Shown here one piece after another: positions 1 through 8,388 of a DNA stretch of 16,168 nucleotides. The stretch covers positions 1 through 16,168 of the forward strand of contig JABIGM010000048.1 in NCBI GenBank assembly GCA_018650165.1, read 5' to 3'. Under the pieces are notes generated by a model. The model was not told the origin of the DNA. It saw only the letters and a list, made by a program, of their open reading frames with translations, and ran no database searches. The stretch's first letter is position 1. Each line of letters starts with the position of its first letter. The DNA is from Methanobacteriota archaeon. GTDB lineage: Archaea; Thermoplasmatota; Poseidoniia; Poseidoniales; Poseidoniaceae. Made by a program: the position numbers and the translations under genes.

Positions 1-198
1 AAAAACATAGGGCAAATGATTGAAACAATAGGTATTTTACCAATAATTATTATCCTGCCAATGGCGTTATTATCTGCATTTTTTGGAGCAAAATATGCAA
101 TAAAACACATTCCAAAATCTGCAGTAACAATAGTATTCCTTTGCGCAATTTCACTCAGTTTGTTAAGGTATATCGTGGATTTTGCCTCATATATCTGA
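1..198 (+). CDS. 3' end of a membrane protein, probably sulfite exporter TauE/SafE (TSUP) family; 5'-truncated by the window edge
   Basis: The frame is open from base 1 (KNIGQMIETIGILPIIIILPMALLSAFFGAKYAIKHIPKSAVTIVFLCAISLSLLRYIVDFASYI*). Two hydrophobic helices flank a GAKxA..IP..(basic) loop, resembling the TauE/SafE C-terminus. The track's ATG at 16 is probably internal. Confidence 0.55.
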   Translation, partial: KNIGQMIETIGILPIIIILPMALLSAFFGAKYAIKHIPKSAVTIVFLCAISLSLLRYIVDFASYI

Positions 199-223
199 CC
201 GAGAAACTCAAGACCATCTGTAT

Positions 224-229
224 GGTGGT
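224..229 (+). promoter_or_regulatory. Shine-Dalgarno-like site for moeA
   Basis: GGTGGT lies 6 nt upstream of the ATG at 236. Confidence 0.5.
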
Positions 230-235
230 TAATTT

Positions 236-1441
236 ATGGGCGAGCTACCGTACTTTGTCGAACTCGAGCAAGCCCTTGATATTTGTAAGAGAACAACCTT
301 ACAAACAGTCGTTGAAAGAGTTGGTTTAGATGATTGTCATAATCGTATTTTAGCAATGGACTTACCGTCTAAAGTGGATGACCCACCGTTTGACAATTCT
401 GCTATGGATGGGTTTGCTATGAGGTATGAAGACACAACCGCCGCTCCTTCAAAATTAGAAATAATTGGAACAATTCAAGCAGCAGGCCAAGAGGATAATA
501 TTTTCATCAAACCCGGCCAAGCGGTTCGAATAATGACCGGCGCACCTCTCCCAAAAGGAGCGGACTCAATACTCCAAGTCGAATTAACTTCAACTGAAGC
601 AGGCTTTGTTACACTACAACAGCCTTCAATTAAACATTTCATTCGCAAGAAGGGTGAAAATCTCACAAAGGGCGAGGTAGCACTTAGTGCAGGGGCATTT
701 CTAACCCCCTCTAGGGTCGGGCTTTGTGCAACGATGGGGCACTCTTCTATCCCAGTAATCAAGAGATTGAAAATAGCGATAATTTCCACAGGAGACGAGT
801 TAAAGCAACCGGGTCAAAAACTCGAAAGGGGCGAGATATACGAATCTAATTCCTTTGGAATATCTGGTTTAGTTAAATGGCTAGGGCACGAACCAACACG
901 ACTTCATTGCGTTGGAGACACATTAGACGATCTAAGAAAAACCCTGAATTCAGCAGCCAAGGAATACGATCTAATTCTGACAAACGGCGGGGTTTCCATG
1001 GGAGAATGGGACCTGGTTCGTAAGATAATGGAAGACGAAGGCGACCTTCATTTTTGGAGAGTAAAACTCCGCCCCGGTTCTCCTCCACTTTTTGGGACTT
1101 GGAATAATACTCCTATTTTCGGATTACCTGGCAACCCAGTAAGTTCCCACGTAGTTTTCCGAATGTTGGTGGCGCCATGGATTAGAAATGCCACGATGGC
1201 AAATGGCCCTCACGAACCAAGAGCAACAGCAAAATTAGCTACCAAAGTAAAATCAACAAAAGATTGTTTGACGCTTCGAAGAGTTAGTATCGAGTCTGGC
1301 AAGGATGGATTATTCGCACATCAGAAAATTCACCAGGGCTCAGGAAATATAGCTAGTATGGCGTTAAGCGAAGCATTGGTTATTCTACAACCGGGTTTTG
1401 ACTATTCGATTGGAGATACAGTTGAGGTAATCCTTTTGTGA
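236..1441 (+). CDS. moeA: Molybdopterin molybdotransferase MoeA (gephyrin E-domain family)
   Basis: 401 aa with the motifs PPFDNSAMDGFA, IMTGAPLP, IISTGDEL, IYESN, GGVSMG, FGLPGNPVS and a C-terminal QGSG. Confidence 0.95.
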   Translation: MGELPYFVELEQALDICKRTTLQTVVERVGLDDCHNRILAMDLPSKVDDPPFDNSAMDGFAMRYEDTTAAPSKLEIIGTIQAAGQEDNIFIKPGQAVRIMTGAPLPKGADSILQVELTSTEAGFVTLQQPSIKHFIRKKGENLTKGEVALSAGAFLTPSRVGLCATMGHSSIPVIKRLKIAIISTGDELKQPGQKLERGEIYESNSFGISGLVKWLGHEPTRLHCVGDTLDDLRKTLNSAAKEYDLILTNGGVSMGEWDLVRKIMEDEGDLHFWRVKLRPGSPPLFGTWNNTPIFGLPGNPVSSHVVFRMLVAPWIRNATMANGPHEPRATAKLATKVKSTKDCLTLRRVSIESGKDGLFAHQKIHQGSGNIASMALSEALVILQPGFDYSIGDTVEVILL

Positions 1442-1450
1442 GGCATTGTT

Positions 1451-2323
1451 ATGAAATTCGAACAAGATATCGAATTAATTGAAGCGGTCGCCCTTCAATT
1501 TCCAAATTCAAAACGTAACACTTTGCGAAAAATGCTTACCGCGGGTAGAGTTTTGGTTGATGGAAAGCCGATACATAAGGCAAAACATATCGTTAATGCA
1601 GGCAGCACAGTTACAATTTCAGACAAGGAATCTGCAGCAAAAAACACCCCTCCTCCTATGCCAAAAAAGAGGCAGCCGAGAATCAAAATATTATTTGAGG
1701 ACACAGATATTATTGTAGTAAACAAACAAGCAGGCCTACTTTCTGTAGCTACTGATAAAATGGAGCCCGACACACTACATTCACGAGTAGTAGACTATCT
1801 CCAAGAAGAAAACGAAAAGGCTTGGGCCTTCATAGTTCATCGCCTTGATAGAGAAACATCAGGAACGATGATTTTCGCTAAACACAAACAGCACAAGGAT
1901 TACCTCCAGGAGCAGTTTGCGGAAAGATCGGTTCATCGAGTATATCACGCATTAGTCCAAGGCAAACCAGAACAGGATAAAGGAACAATTCATGAATGGC
2001 TATTGGAGGATAAATTCCTACGTGTCAGGACTGTGAACAAAAAAACACCCAACGCAAAAGAAGCAATTACCCATTGGAGTTTAGAGGATAGTGACGACAT
2101 AGCAAGCCTCCTCATGCTGACAATTGAAACAGGAAGGAGGCACCAAATCAGAGTTGGATTAGCAAATTTAGGGCTGCCAGTAGTCGGCGATGAGGAACAC
2201 GGCGCAGAAGGCAACCCGATTGGAAGAATCGCCCTCCACGCTACAGCCTTAGAACTATTACATCCAGTTAGTGACGACCCAGTTCGATTTGAGTCGCCAA
2301 TTCCTTTCGGGCCAGAGAGATAA
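1451..2323 (+). CDS. RluA/RluC/RluD-family pseudouridine synthase with N-terminal S4-like domain
   Basis: 290 aa. Motifs are VVNKQAGL, HRLDRETSG (catalytic Asp), TGRRHQIRV, VVGD and ALHA. The N-terminal RKMLTAGRVLVDGK is S4-like. Confidence 0.93.
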   Translation: MKFEQDIELIEAVALQFPNSKRNTLRKMLTAGRVLVDGKPIHKAKHIVNAGSTVTISDKESAAKNTPPPMPKKRQPRIKILFEDTDIIVVNKQAGLLSVATDKMEPDTLHSRVVDYLQEENEKAWAFIVHRLDRETSGTMIFAKHKQHKDYLQEQFAERSVHRVYHALVQGKPEQDKGTIHEWLLEDKFLRVRTVNKKTPNAKEAITHWSLEDSDDIASLLMLTIETGRRHQIRVGLANLGLPVVGDEEHGAEGNPIGRIALHATALELLHPVSDDPVRFESPIPFGPER

Positions 2324-2352
2324 GCAAGGTCTCAAGAACCCTTGACTCGCCC

Positions 2353-5271
2353 ATGAAAATAATGGGCAAGCCCGGAGACGCAGGTTGGATAGAGGTCCGC
2401 GGTGCGCGAACCCACAATCTCCAAGACGTCGACGTCAAACTACCCCGGGGCAAGTTTGTGGTAATTTCGGGGGTTTCAGGTTCGGGTAAATCTTCGCTTG
2501 CATTTGATACCCTATATGCAGAAGGACAAAGGCGGTATGTTGAGAGCCTCTCTTCTTATGCTCGTCAATTTATTGGCCAGATGAAAAAAGCAAATTGCGA
2601 TGCAATAGAGGGATTATCTCCAGCTATTTCTATCGATCAAAAACAAGGAAGTCACAACCCCCGCTCAACTGTTGCTACAGTTACTGAAATAATGGATTAC
2701 CTACGATTAATGTGGGCCAGAATTGGAAAGCCACATTGTCCAACATGTGGAATCGAGGTTGCCAGAAGAACCGTCCAGGAAATTGTAGACGACATCACTT
2801 GGAATACAGAGGGGCACGCAATTTCAATATGGAGCCCAGCAATACGTAATAGAAAAGGAACTCATGCAGATTTATTCCGCCATCTTGTAGAACAAGGCTG
2901 GACAGAAGGGCGCATCAATGGAAGAGAAGCATCATTCGAGAAAGACCACGGTCTTGACAAAAATCTACGTCACGATGTAGATGTTAGAATCGATAGATTA
3001 CGCTGCACAAAAGATCGTCGCCAAAGACTTACTGAAGCGGTAGAGTCTGCATTAAGGATAGGTGGCGGAACCGTTGCTATCGAGAGCCTAAAACCCCCGG
3101 AGAAAGATTACGAATTAAGCAAGGGGTCGAAATCAAACGAAACAACTGTTGGTGAAACAATGGTTTGGTCGGAAGAATTTGCTTGCCCCCAACACGGGGC
3201 ATTCATGCCGGAGATGAGCCCAAGGATATTTTCTTTCAATTCCCCCCTTGGCGCTTGCCCTTCGTGCCAAGGACTGGGGGTTCAACGAAGATTTAGTGCG
3301 GATTTATTGGTAAATCGTAAAGCAACCATTGGCGAAGGGTGCATTATTCCTTGGAGGCAATCAATGTCTCCACATTGGTATCGAAAACTAATGGAGCAGA
3401 CAGCGGAACATTATGGAATCCCAACAAATATTCCATTTTCGGATTTAGACGAAGACTCACAAGACATAATTCTAAACGGCTCGGGTTCAACCATTATCCA
3501 TTTTGAATTCCGCTCCGAAACAGGCTCTTTATACAAGTACAGTAAACCATGGGAAGGTGTTTTTGCTAGACTACAAAAAACATACACCGAGACTACATCA
3601 GAGCGAACCAGAAGTAGATTAATTTCATGTATGAATGACGAAAACTGTCCTGAATGCGATGGTGAGAAACTCAATGCAGCGGCAAGGCAAGTTACAGTAG
3701 CGGGGAAGAGGCTTCCCGAAATAGGAGCAGCTAGCGTACACGAAGCCCTAGGAATTGTAATGTCAATGAAGGGCGAAGGAAAAAGCGCCGAAACTCTTGA
3801 TGACCGTAGTGCATTTATCGGTCAAGAAATCCTCAAAGAAATAGAAGGCAGACTCGAGTTCCTTAACGATGTAGGTTTAGACTATCTTACCTTGGATAGA
3901 AGAGCCAACACCCTTTCCGGGGGAGAGAGCCAAAGAATTAGATTAGCAACTCAAATTGGAAGCAGACTAACTGGTGTAATGTATGTATTAGACGAACCAT
4001 CAATAGGTCTACATCAAAGAGATAATGAACGCTTACTAACAACTCTACGTGAATTATCAGAATTAGGAAACACTCTGCTTGTAGTTGAACACGATGAAGA
4101 AACATTACGCCAGGCAGATTGGCTTTGTGATCTAGGCCCTGGTGCTGGATTAGAAGGGGGAAGAATTGTTGCGAACGGGCCCCCCAAAGTAGCGATGAAA
4201 ACCAAAGAATCTATCACAGGAGCATACCTTTCTGGCAAGAAAAGCATCCCAGTACCTTCAGAAAGAGCCCCGGCTTTGAAAGGACATTTGAAAATAATAG
4301 GTGCGCGCCAAAACAACCTCGCAAACATCGATGTTGAATTTCCCTTGGGCTGCCTTACAGCTGTAACTGGGGTTTCAGGGTCGGGAAAATCTTCTCTTGT
4401 TTCTAGTATCCTTGCCCCTTCACTACAGAGGCATTTACACGGCTCAGACGCACAACCAGGTGCACATGACGACATTGAAGGAATCGAAAAGGTCGACAAG
4501 GTAATCGTAATCGACCAATCTCCAATCGGTAGAACCCCCCGATCGAACCCTGCAACATACACAAAAGCATTCGACGATATCCGCAAACTATTTTCAGAAA
4601 CCAACCTGTCTAAGGAAAGGGGATACACCCCAGGGCATTTTTCTTTCAATGTGAAAGGCGGGCGCTGTGAAGCTTGTAAAGGCGGAGGTTCAATAAAACT
4701 GGAAATGAATTTCCTACCAGATGTATGGATTACGTGCGACATCTGTGAAGGTAAGAGGTACACAAGAGAAACTCTTGAAGTTACATGGAAAGGAAAGAAT
4801 ATCTTTGATATTTTGGAAATGCCTGTTAGCGAAGCAGTCGGATTTTTTGCAAACCACCGCAAACTACACCGTACACTTTCTACAATTAATGACGTTGGAC
4901 TTGGATATATCCGCCTTGGACAACCCGCAACAACTCTCTCAGGCGGAGAAGCACAGCGCGTGAAACTTGCAAGTGAACTTAGACGCCCCCCCCACAAGCA
5001 TACAATGTATATTCTCGACGAGCCGACAACCGGTCTTTCGTTCTCCGATGTTCAACAATTAATTGACGTTCTACTAAGGCTGAGAACCACCGGCCACTCA
5101 ATCATAGTTATCGAACACCATTTAGATGTCGTAAAGTCTGCAGATTGGGTCATCGACCTAGGGCCCGAAGGTGGAGACCGCGGGGGAAATATAGTTGCAA
5201 TGGGAACCCCCGAGGACGTTGCAAAAGTGAAAGGTAGTTTCACCGGACAGTTCCTAAAAAACATGCTATAG
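2353..5271 (+). CDS. uvrA: Excinuclease ABC subunit A
   Basis: 972 aa with two Walker A motifs (GVSGSGKSS), two ABC signatures (LSGGESQR, LSGGEAQR), Walker B motifs (YVLDEPS, YILDEPT) and Zn motifs CPTC/CPQH, CPSC/CPEC and CEAC/CDIC. The start could be the ATG at 2362. Confidence 0.98.
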   Translation: MKIMGKPGDAGWIEVRGARTHNLQDVDVKLPRGKFVVISGVSGSGKSSLAFDTLYAEGQRRYVESLSSYARQFIGQMKKANCDAIEGLSPAISIDQKQGSHNPRSTVATVTEIMDYLRLMWARIGKPHCPTCGIEVARRTVQEIVDDITWNTEGHAISIWSPAIRNRKGTHADLFRHLVEQGWTEGRINGREASFEKDHGLDKNLRHDVDVRIDRLRCTKDRRQRLTEAVESALRIGGGTVAIESLKPPEKDYELSKGSKSNETTVGETMVWSEEFACPQHGAFMPEMSPRIFSFNSPLGACPSCQGLGVQRRFSADLLVNRKATIGEGCIIPWRQSMSPHWYRKLMEQTAEHYGIPTNIPFSDLDEDSQDIILNGSGSTIIHFEFRSETGSLYKYSKPWEGVFARLQKTYTETTSERTRSRLISCMNDENCPECDGEKLNAAARQVTVAGKRLPEIGAASVHEALGIVMSMKGEGKSAETLDDRSAFIGQEILKEIEGRLEFLNDVGLDYLTLDRRANTLSGGESQRIRLATQIGSRLTGVMYVLDEPSIGLHQRDNERLLTTLRELSELGNTLLVVEHDEETLRQADWLCDLGPGAGLEGGRIVANGPPKVAMKTKESITGAYLSGKKSIPVPSERAPALKGHLKIIGARQNNLANIDVEFPLGCLTAVTGVSGSGKSSLVSSILAPSLQRHLHGSDAQPGAHDDIEGIEKVDKVIVIDQSPIGRTPRSNPATYTKAFDDIRKLFSETNLSKERGYTPGHFSFNVKGGRCEACKGGGSIKLEMNFLPDVWITCDICEGKRYTRETLEVTWKGKNIFDILEMPVSEAVGFFANHRKLHRTLSTINDVGLGYIRLGQPATTLSGGEAQRVKLASELRRPPHKHTMYILDEPTTGLSFSDVQQLIDVLLRLRTTGHSIIVIEHHLDVVKSADWVIDLGPEGGDRGGNIVAMGTPEDVAKVKGSFTGQFLKNML

Positions 5272-5289
5272 TAGCAAAAAAACTCAATT

Positions 5290-5306
5290 TTGGAAACTAT
5301 TTCCAA
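5290..5306. repeat. Perfect inverted repeat TTGGAAA-CTA-TTTCCAA in the uvrA-purL spacer
   Basis: 7-bp arms at 5290-5296 and 5300-5306, read directly from the sequence. Function unknown. Confidence 0.8.
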
Positions 5307-5342
5307 GGGTAGTATTCATGGACGGTAGTCGCTGCCGCCGTT

Positions 5343-5361
5343 CTGCCCCCTAAGGGGGCAG
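5343..5361 (+). repeat. GC-rich hairpin CTGCCCCC-TAA-GGGGGCAG directly upstream of purL
   Basis: Perfect 8-bp stem (5343-5350 with 5354-5361) and a 3-nt loop. No U-tract follows, so it is not a classical intrinsic terminator. Confidence 0.8.
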
Positions 5362-5370
5362 GTGTTCCAA

Positions 5371-8300
5371 GTGCCGTCAAATATTGTCAGAGTCGAGACA
5401 ACGCCCAAGATTGGCGAAGGAATGAGGGATGTACGCGGGGACTCTGTAAAGAGGCAACTGGCAGCCGACCACAACATCGAAATTGGTAGCGTGAGGTCAA
5501 TTGTCGGCTTTCTTATTGATAGCGAAATAGATTCAACCCAAGTAAATGAAAGGGTAGATGATGTATTCGCCGATCCAATAATCGAAGAGAGTGTGACAGA
5601 TTGTTTACATTTAGACAACGAGGAGTTATTTTCAGAAGAACCAGATATGGTTGTTACAATTGGATTCAAGCCAGGCGTGACAGACAATCCCGGTAAAGCA
5701 GCATTGGATGGTTTCAAGACTATTTTTCCAAACGCAGGAGAAAACGCAAGGGTTTCAACATATATCACGTATTCATTCACCTCTGTTCCCGATGGAATAG
5801 ACGTAGACTGGCTTTCTAAACAATTACACAATGGATTAATCGAGAGAGCAATCTGTTCTCTAAAGGGCGAAGCATCTGCAAAGATAGAGTACTCCCCAGT
5901 AGAACCAATCGAGTACACAGCGCCTGCAACCATCGATCTTGAAATATCGGATGAAGAACTAATGAAACTATCCGAAGAAGGCCTACTTGCTCTCAACCTT
6001 GAAGAAATGCAAACCATCCAAGCGCACTATCGAGATCCCGCTATTAGGGCGGCACGTGCAGAAGTTGGTTTACCGGAAAACGCCCCAACCGATGTCGAAT
6101 TAGAATGTCTAGCACAGACTTGGTCTGAACATTGTAAGCACAAGATATTCGCCGCACATATCCACCATGTTGATACCGAAACCGGAGAAGACACAGAAAT
6201 AGATTCACTATTCAAGACCCATATTATGAATCCAACCTTAGAAATGAAAGAGGAAGTTGACTGGCTATTATCTGTATTTCACGATAACTCCGGCGTAATT
6301 GCCTGGGATGATGATTGGTCAGTATGTATGAAAGCCGAGACTCATAATTCACCAAGCGCACTAGACCCATATGGTGGCGCAATGACAGGAATCGTTGGGG
6401 TTAACCGCGACATAATGGGTACTGGGTTGGGCGCACGCCCAATTGCAAATACCGATGTATTTTGCTTTGGTCCACCGAACTGGGAGGGAGATTTACCAGA
6501 CAACCTCTTCCACCCATCTCGTGTATTACGCGGCGTACATGCGGGAGTTAGAGTCGGAGGGAACGAAAGTGGAATTCCAACTGTCAACGGAGCAATTGTT
6601 TTCGATGACCGTTATATTGGCAAACCTCTAGTTTACTGTGGAACAATTGGGTTGATGCCCCGTCGTCTAGCCGATGGAAGGGAATCCCACGAAAAGAACC
6701 CACAGCCTGGCGATAGAGTGTACATGGTGGGCGGAAGAGTTGGCTATGATGGAATACACGGTGCAACATTTTCATCACTTGAACTGACTGAGGAGTCGCC
6801 ATCAAGCGCTGTTCAAATCGGCGACCCAATCACACAAAAGAAAATGTTAGACATGATCTTAGAAGCCAGAGACGCAGGCCTGATTACCTGCATTACAGAC
6901 AACGGAGCGGGCGGACTATCCTCTAGTATCGGTGAAATGGCAGAGTATACCAACGGTTGTCAAATCGATTTAGGCAAAGTCCCCCTTAAACAAGAAGGAC
7001 TCTCTTCTTGGGAAATATTAGTTTCAGAATCCCAAGAGAGAATGACTGTAGCAGTTAAAGAATCGGATGTACCGGCGTTCGAAGCCCTTGCAGATTTACA
7101 TGAAGTCGAAGCAACATGGGTTGCAGATTTTACGAACACGGGATTATTCCATGTCATTCACGGAGAGGATGCTGTTGCCTCACTACCTATCGAATTCCTT
7201 CATGATGGGGTACCTCAATTGAAATTAGAAAGTGAATGGAAAAAACCCGAACCAACACCCTTCATACCACCCGTATCTAGTACTCACACACCACTATTGC
7301 TAGAAATGCTAGCCCGTCCAAACATTGCATCTAAGGAGACCTGGGTTCGACAATATGACCACGAAGTCATTGCCCAAACCGCAATCAAACCCTTTGTTGG
7401 AGTTGAGAGAGACGGACCAGGGGATGCCGGCCTACTAGCGCCAATTCACGGCTCTACTCGGGGCTTAGTTGTGTCAAATGGGATATCTCCAAGATACAGC
7501 GACATAGACGCAGGAGCGATGGCTGCAGCTGCGGTAGACGAAGCGGTAAGAAACGCAGTTTGCGCGGGAGTTGATCTCTCTAAAGTTGCAGGCCTAGACA
7601 ACTTTTGCTGGCCCGATCCAATTGAGAGCAATAAGACCCCGGATGGAAGATTCAAATTAGCCCAATTAGTTAGGGCAAATCGCGAACTAGAGCGAATTTG
7701 TAGAGCTTACTTCGTCCCTTGCATTTCAGGAAAGGACTCTATGAAGAATGATTATGGAAGCGGCGAAAATAAGATTTCAATTCCACCAACACTGCTGTTT
7801 TCATTATTCGGCAACCATCCAGATGTGAGATACACCACCACCTCTGACCTAAAACCCGGTGAAAGTTTGTATTTAGTTGGCGAATCCAAGCAGGAACTGG
7901 GTGCAAGTGAATTGGCATTTATGCTCAAAGAAACAGGAGTTGTAGAAGGAATCGGTGGCGAAGCCCCCCAATTACCAACACCAGAAAAGAATTTACAATC
8001 TTACAAAGCACTAACAAAAGCAATCCAATCCGGAATAGTTCGAACAGCCCACGATTGTAGCGAAGGCGGCGTCGCAGTAGCCATTGCGGAGATGTGTATT
8101 GGTGGGAGGTGCGGGGCAGCAATCGACATAGATGGCCCCGGTGAGGCGGACCTTTGGGGTAGGCTTTGGGGAGAATCCCTAGGGCGTATTCTCGTTGGAG
8201 TAAAACAAGATAATCGCGCAGAATTCCTTTCAATGATGAAAGGAAACGCCTTAACTTACATGGGCGAAACCATAGAAGGAGACAATCTCAGTATTTGGGA

Positions 8301-8388
8301 TGGAGATGATTTGATTATTGACGCCAATGTCGATGATATGGTTTCTGCTTGGAAAGGAAGTTTGGATATGACAGGAGGTGACCAGTGA
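5371..8388 (+). CDS. purL: Phosphoribosylformylglycinamidine synthase subunit PurL with two fused N-terminal PurS-like domains
   Basis: Motifs are QTWSEHCKHK, KAETHNSPS, DPYGGAMTGIVG, DNGAGG, SESQERM, LDNFCWPDP, SGKDS and AHDCSEGG. I prefer the GTG at 5371 (AGGTG at 5360-5364, 6 nt upstream) to the track's GTG at 5362. There is no glutaminase domain; PurQ is separate. Confidence 0.95.
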   Translation: MPSNIVRVETTPKIGEGMRDVRGDSVKRQLAADHNIEIGSVRSIVGFLIDSEIDSTQVNERVDDVFADPIIEESVTDCLHLDNEELFSEEPDMVVTIGFKPGVTDNPGKAALDGFKTIFPNAGENARVSTYITYSFTSVPDGIDVDWLSKQLHNGLIERAICSLKGEASAKIEYSPVEPIEYTAPATIDLEISDEELMKLSEEGLLALNLEEMQTIQAHYRDPAIRAARAEVGLPENAPTDVELECLAQTWSEHCKHKIFAAHIHHVDTETGEDTEIDSLFKTHIMNPTLEMKEEVDWLLSVFHDNSGVIAWDDDWSVCMKAETHNSPSALDPYGGAMTGIVGVNRDIMGTGLGARPIANTDVFCFGPPNWEGDLPDNLFHPSRVLRGVHAGVRVGGNESGIPTVNGAIVFDDRYIGKPLVYCGTIGLMPRRLADGRESHEKNPQPGDRVYMVGGRVGYDGIHGATFSSLELTEESPSSAVQIGDPITQKKMLDMILEARDAGLITCITDNGAGGLSSSIGEMAEYTNGCQIDLGKVPLKQEGLSSWEILVSESQERMTVAVKESDVPAFEALADLHEVEATWVADFTNTGLFHVIHGEDAVASLPIEFLHDGVPQLKLESEWKKPEPTPFIPPVSSTHTPLLLEMLARPNIASKETWVRQYDHEVIAQTAIKPFVGVERDGPGDAGLLAPIHGSTRGLVVSNGISPRYSDIDAGAMAAAAVDEAVRNAVCAGVDLSKVAGLDNFCWPDPIESNKTPDGRFKLAQLVRANRELERICRAYFVPCISGKDSMKNDYGSGENKISIPPTLLFSLFGNHPDVRYTTTSDLKPGESLYLVGESKQELGASELAFMLKETGVVEGIGGEAPQLPTPEKNLQSYKALTKAIQSGIVRTAHDCSEGGVAVAIAEMCIGGRCGAAIDIDGPGEADLWGRLWGESLGRILVGVKQDNRAEFLSMMKGNALTYMGETIEGDNLSIWDGDDLIIDANVDDMVSAWKGSLDMTGGDQ
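8374..8381 (+). promoter_or_regulatory. Strong Shine-Dalgarno GGAGGTGA for purQ, inside the purL 3' end
   Basis: GGAGGTGA lies 6 nt before the ATG at 8388. The purL TGA overlaps the purQ ATG (TGATG), consistent with translational coupling. Confidence 0.85.

Noticed and set aside
2331-2346. Small stem TCAAG-AACC-CTTGA between the Rlu gene and uvrA
   Set aside because: Only 5 bp, which is expected by chance; no U-tract.
3076-3170. Apparent ~15-aa polar insertion in UvrA before the CPQH zinc motif
   Set aside because: This loop is length-variable among UvrA proteins, and Cys-x-x-His at this site is a familiar variant.
5362-5370. Track start of PurL at GTG 5362
   Set aside because: That GTG is part of the SD-like AGGTG. 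The GTG at 5371 has proper spacing.
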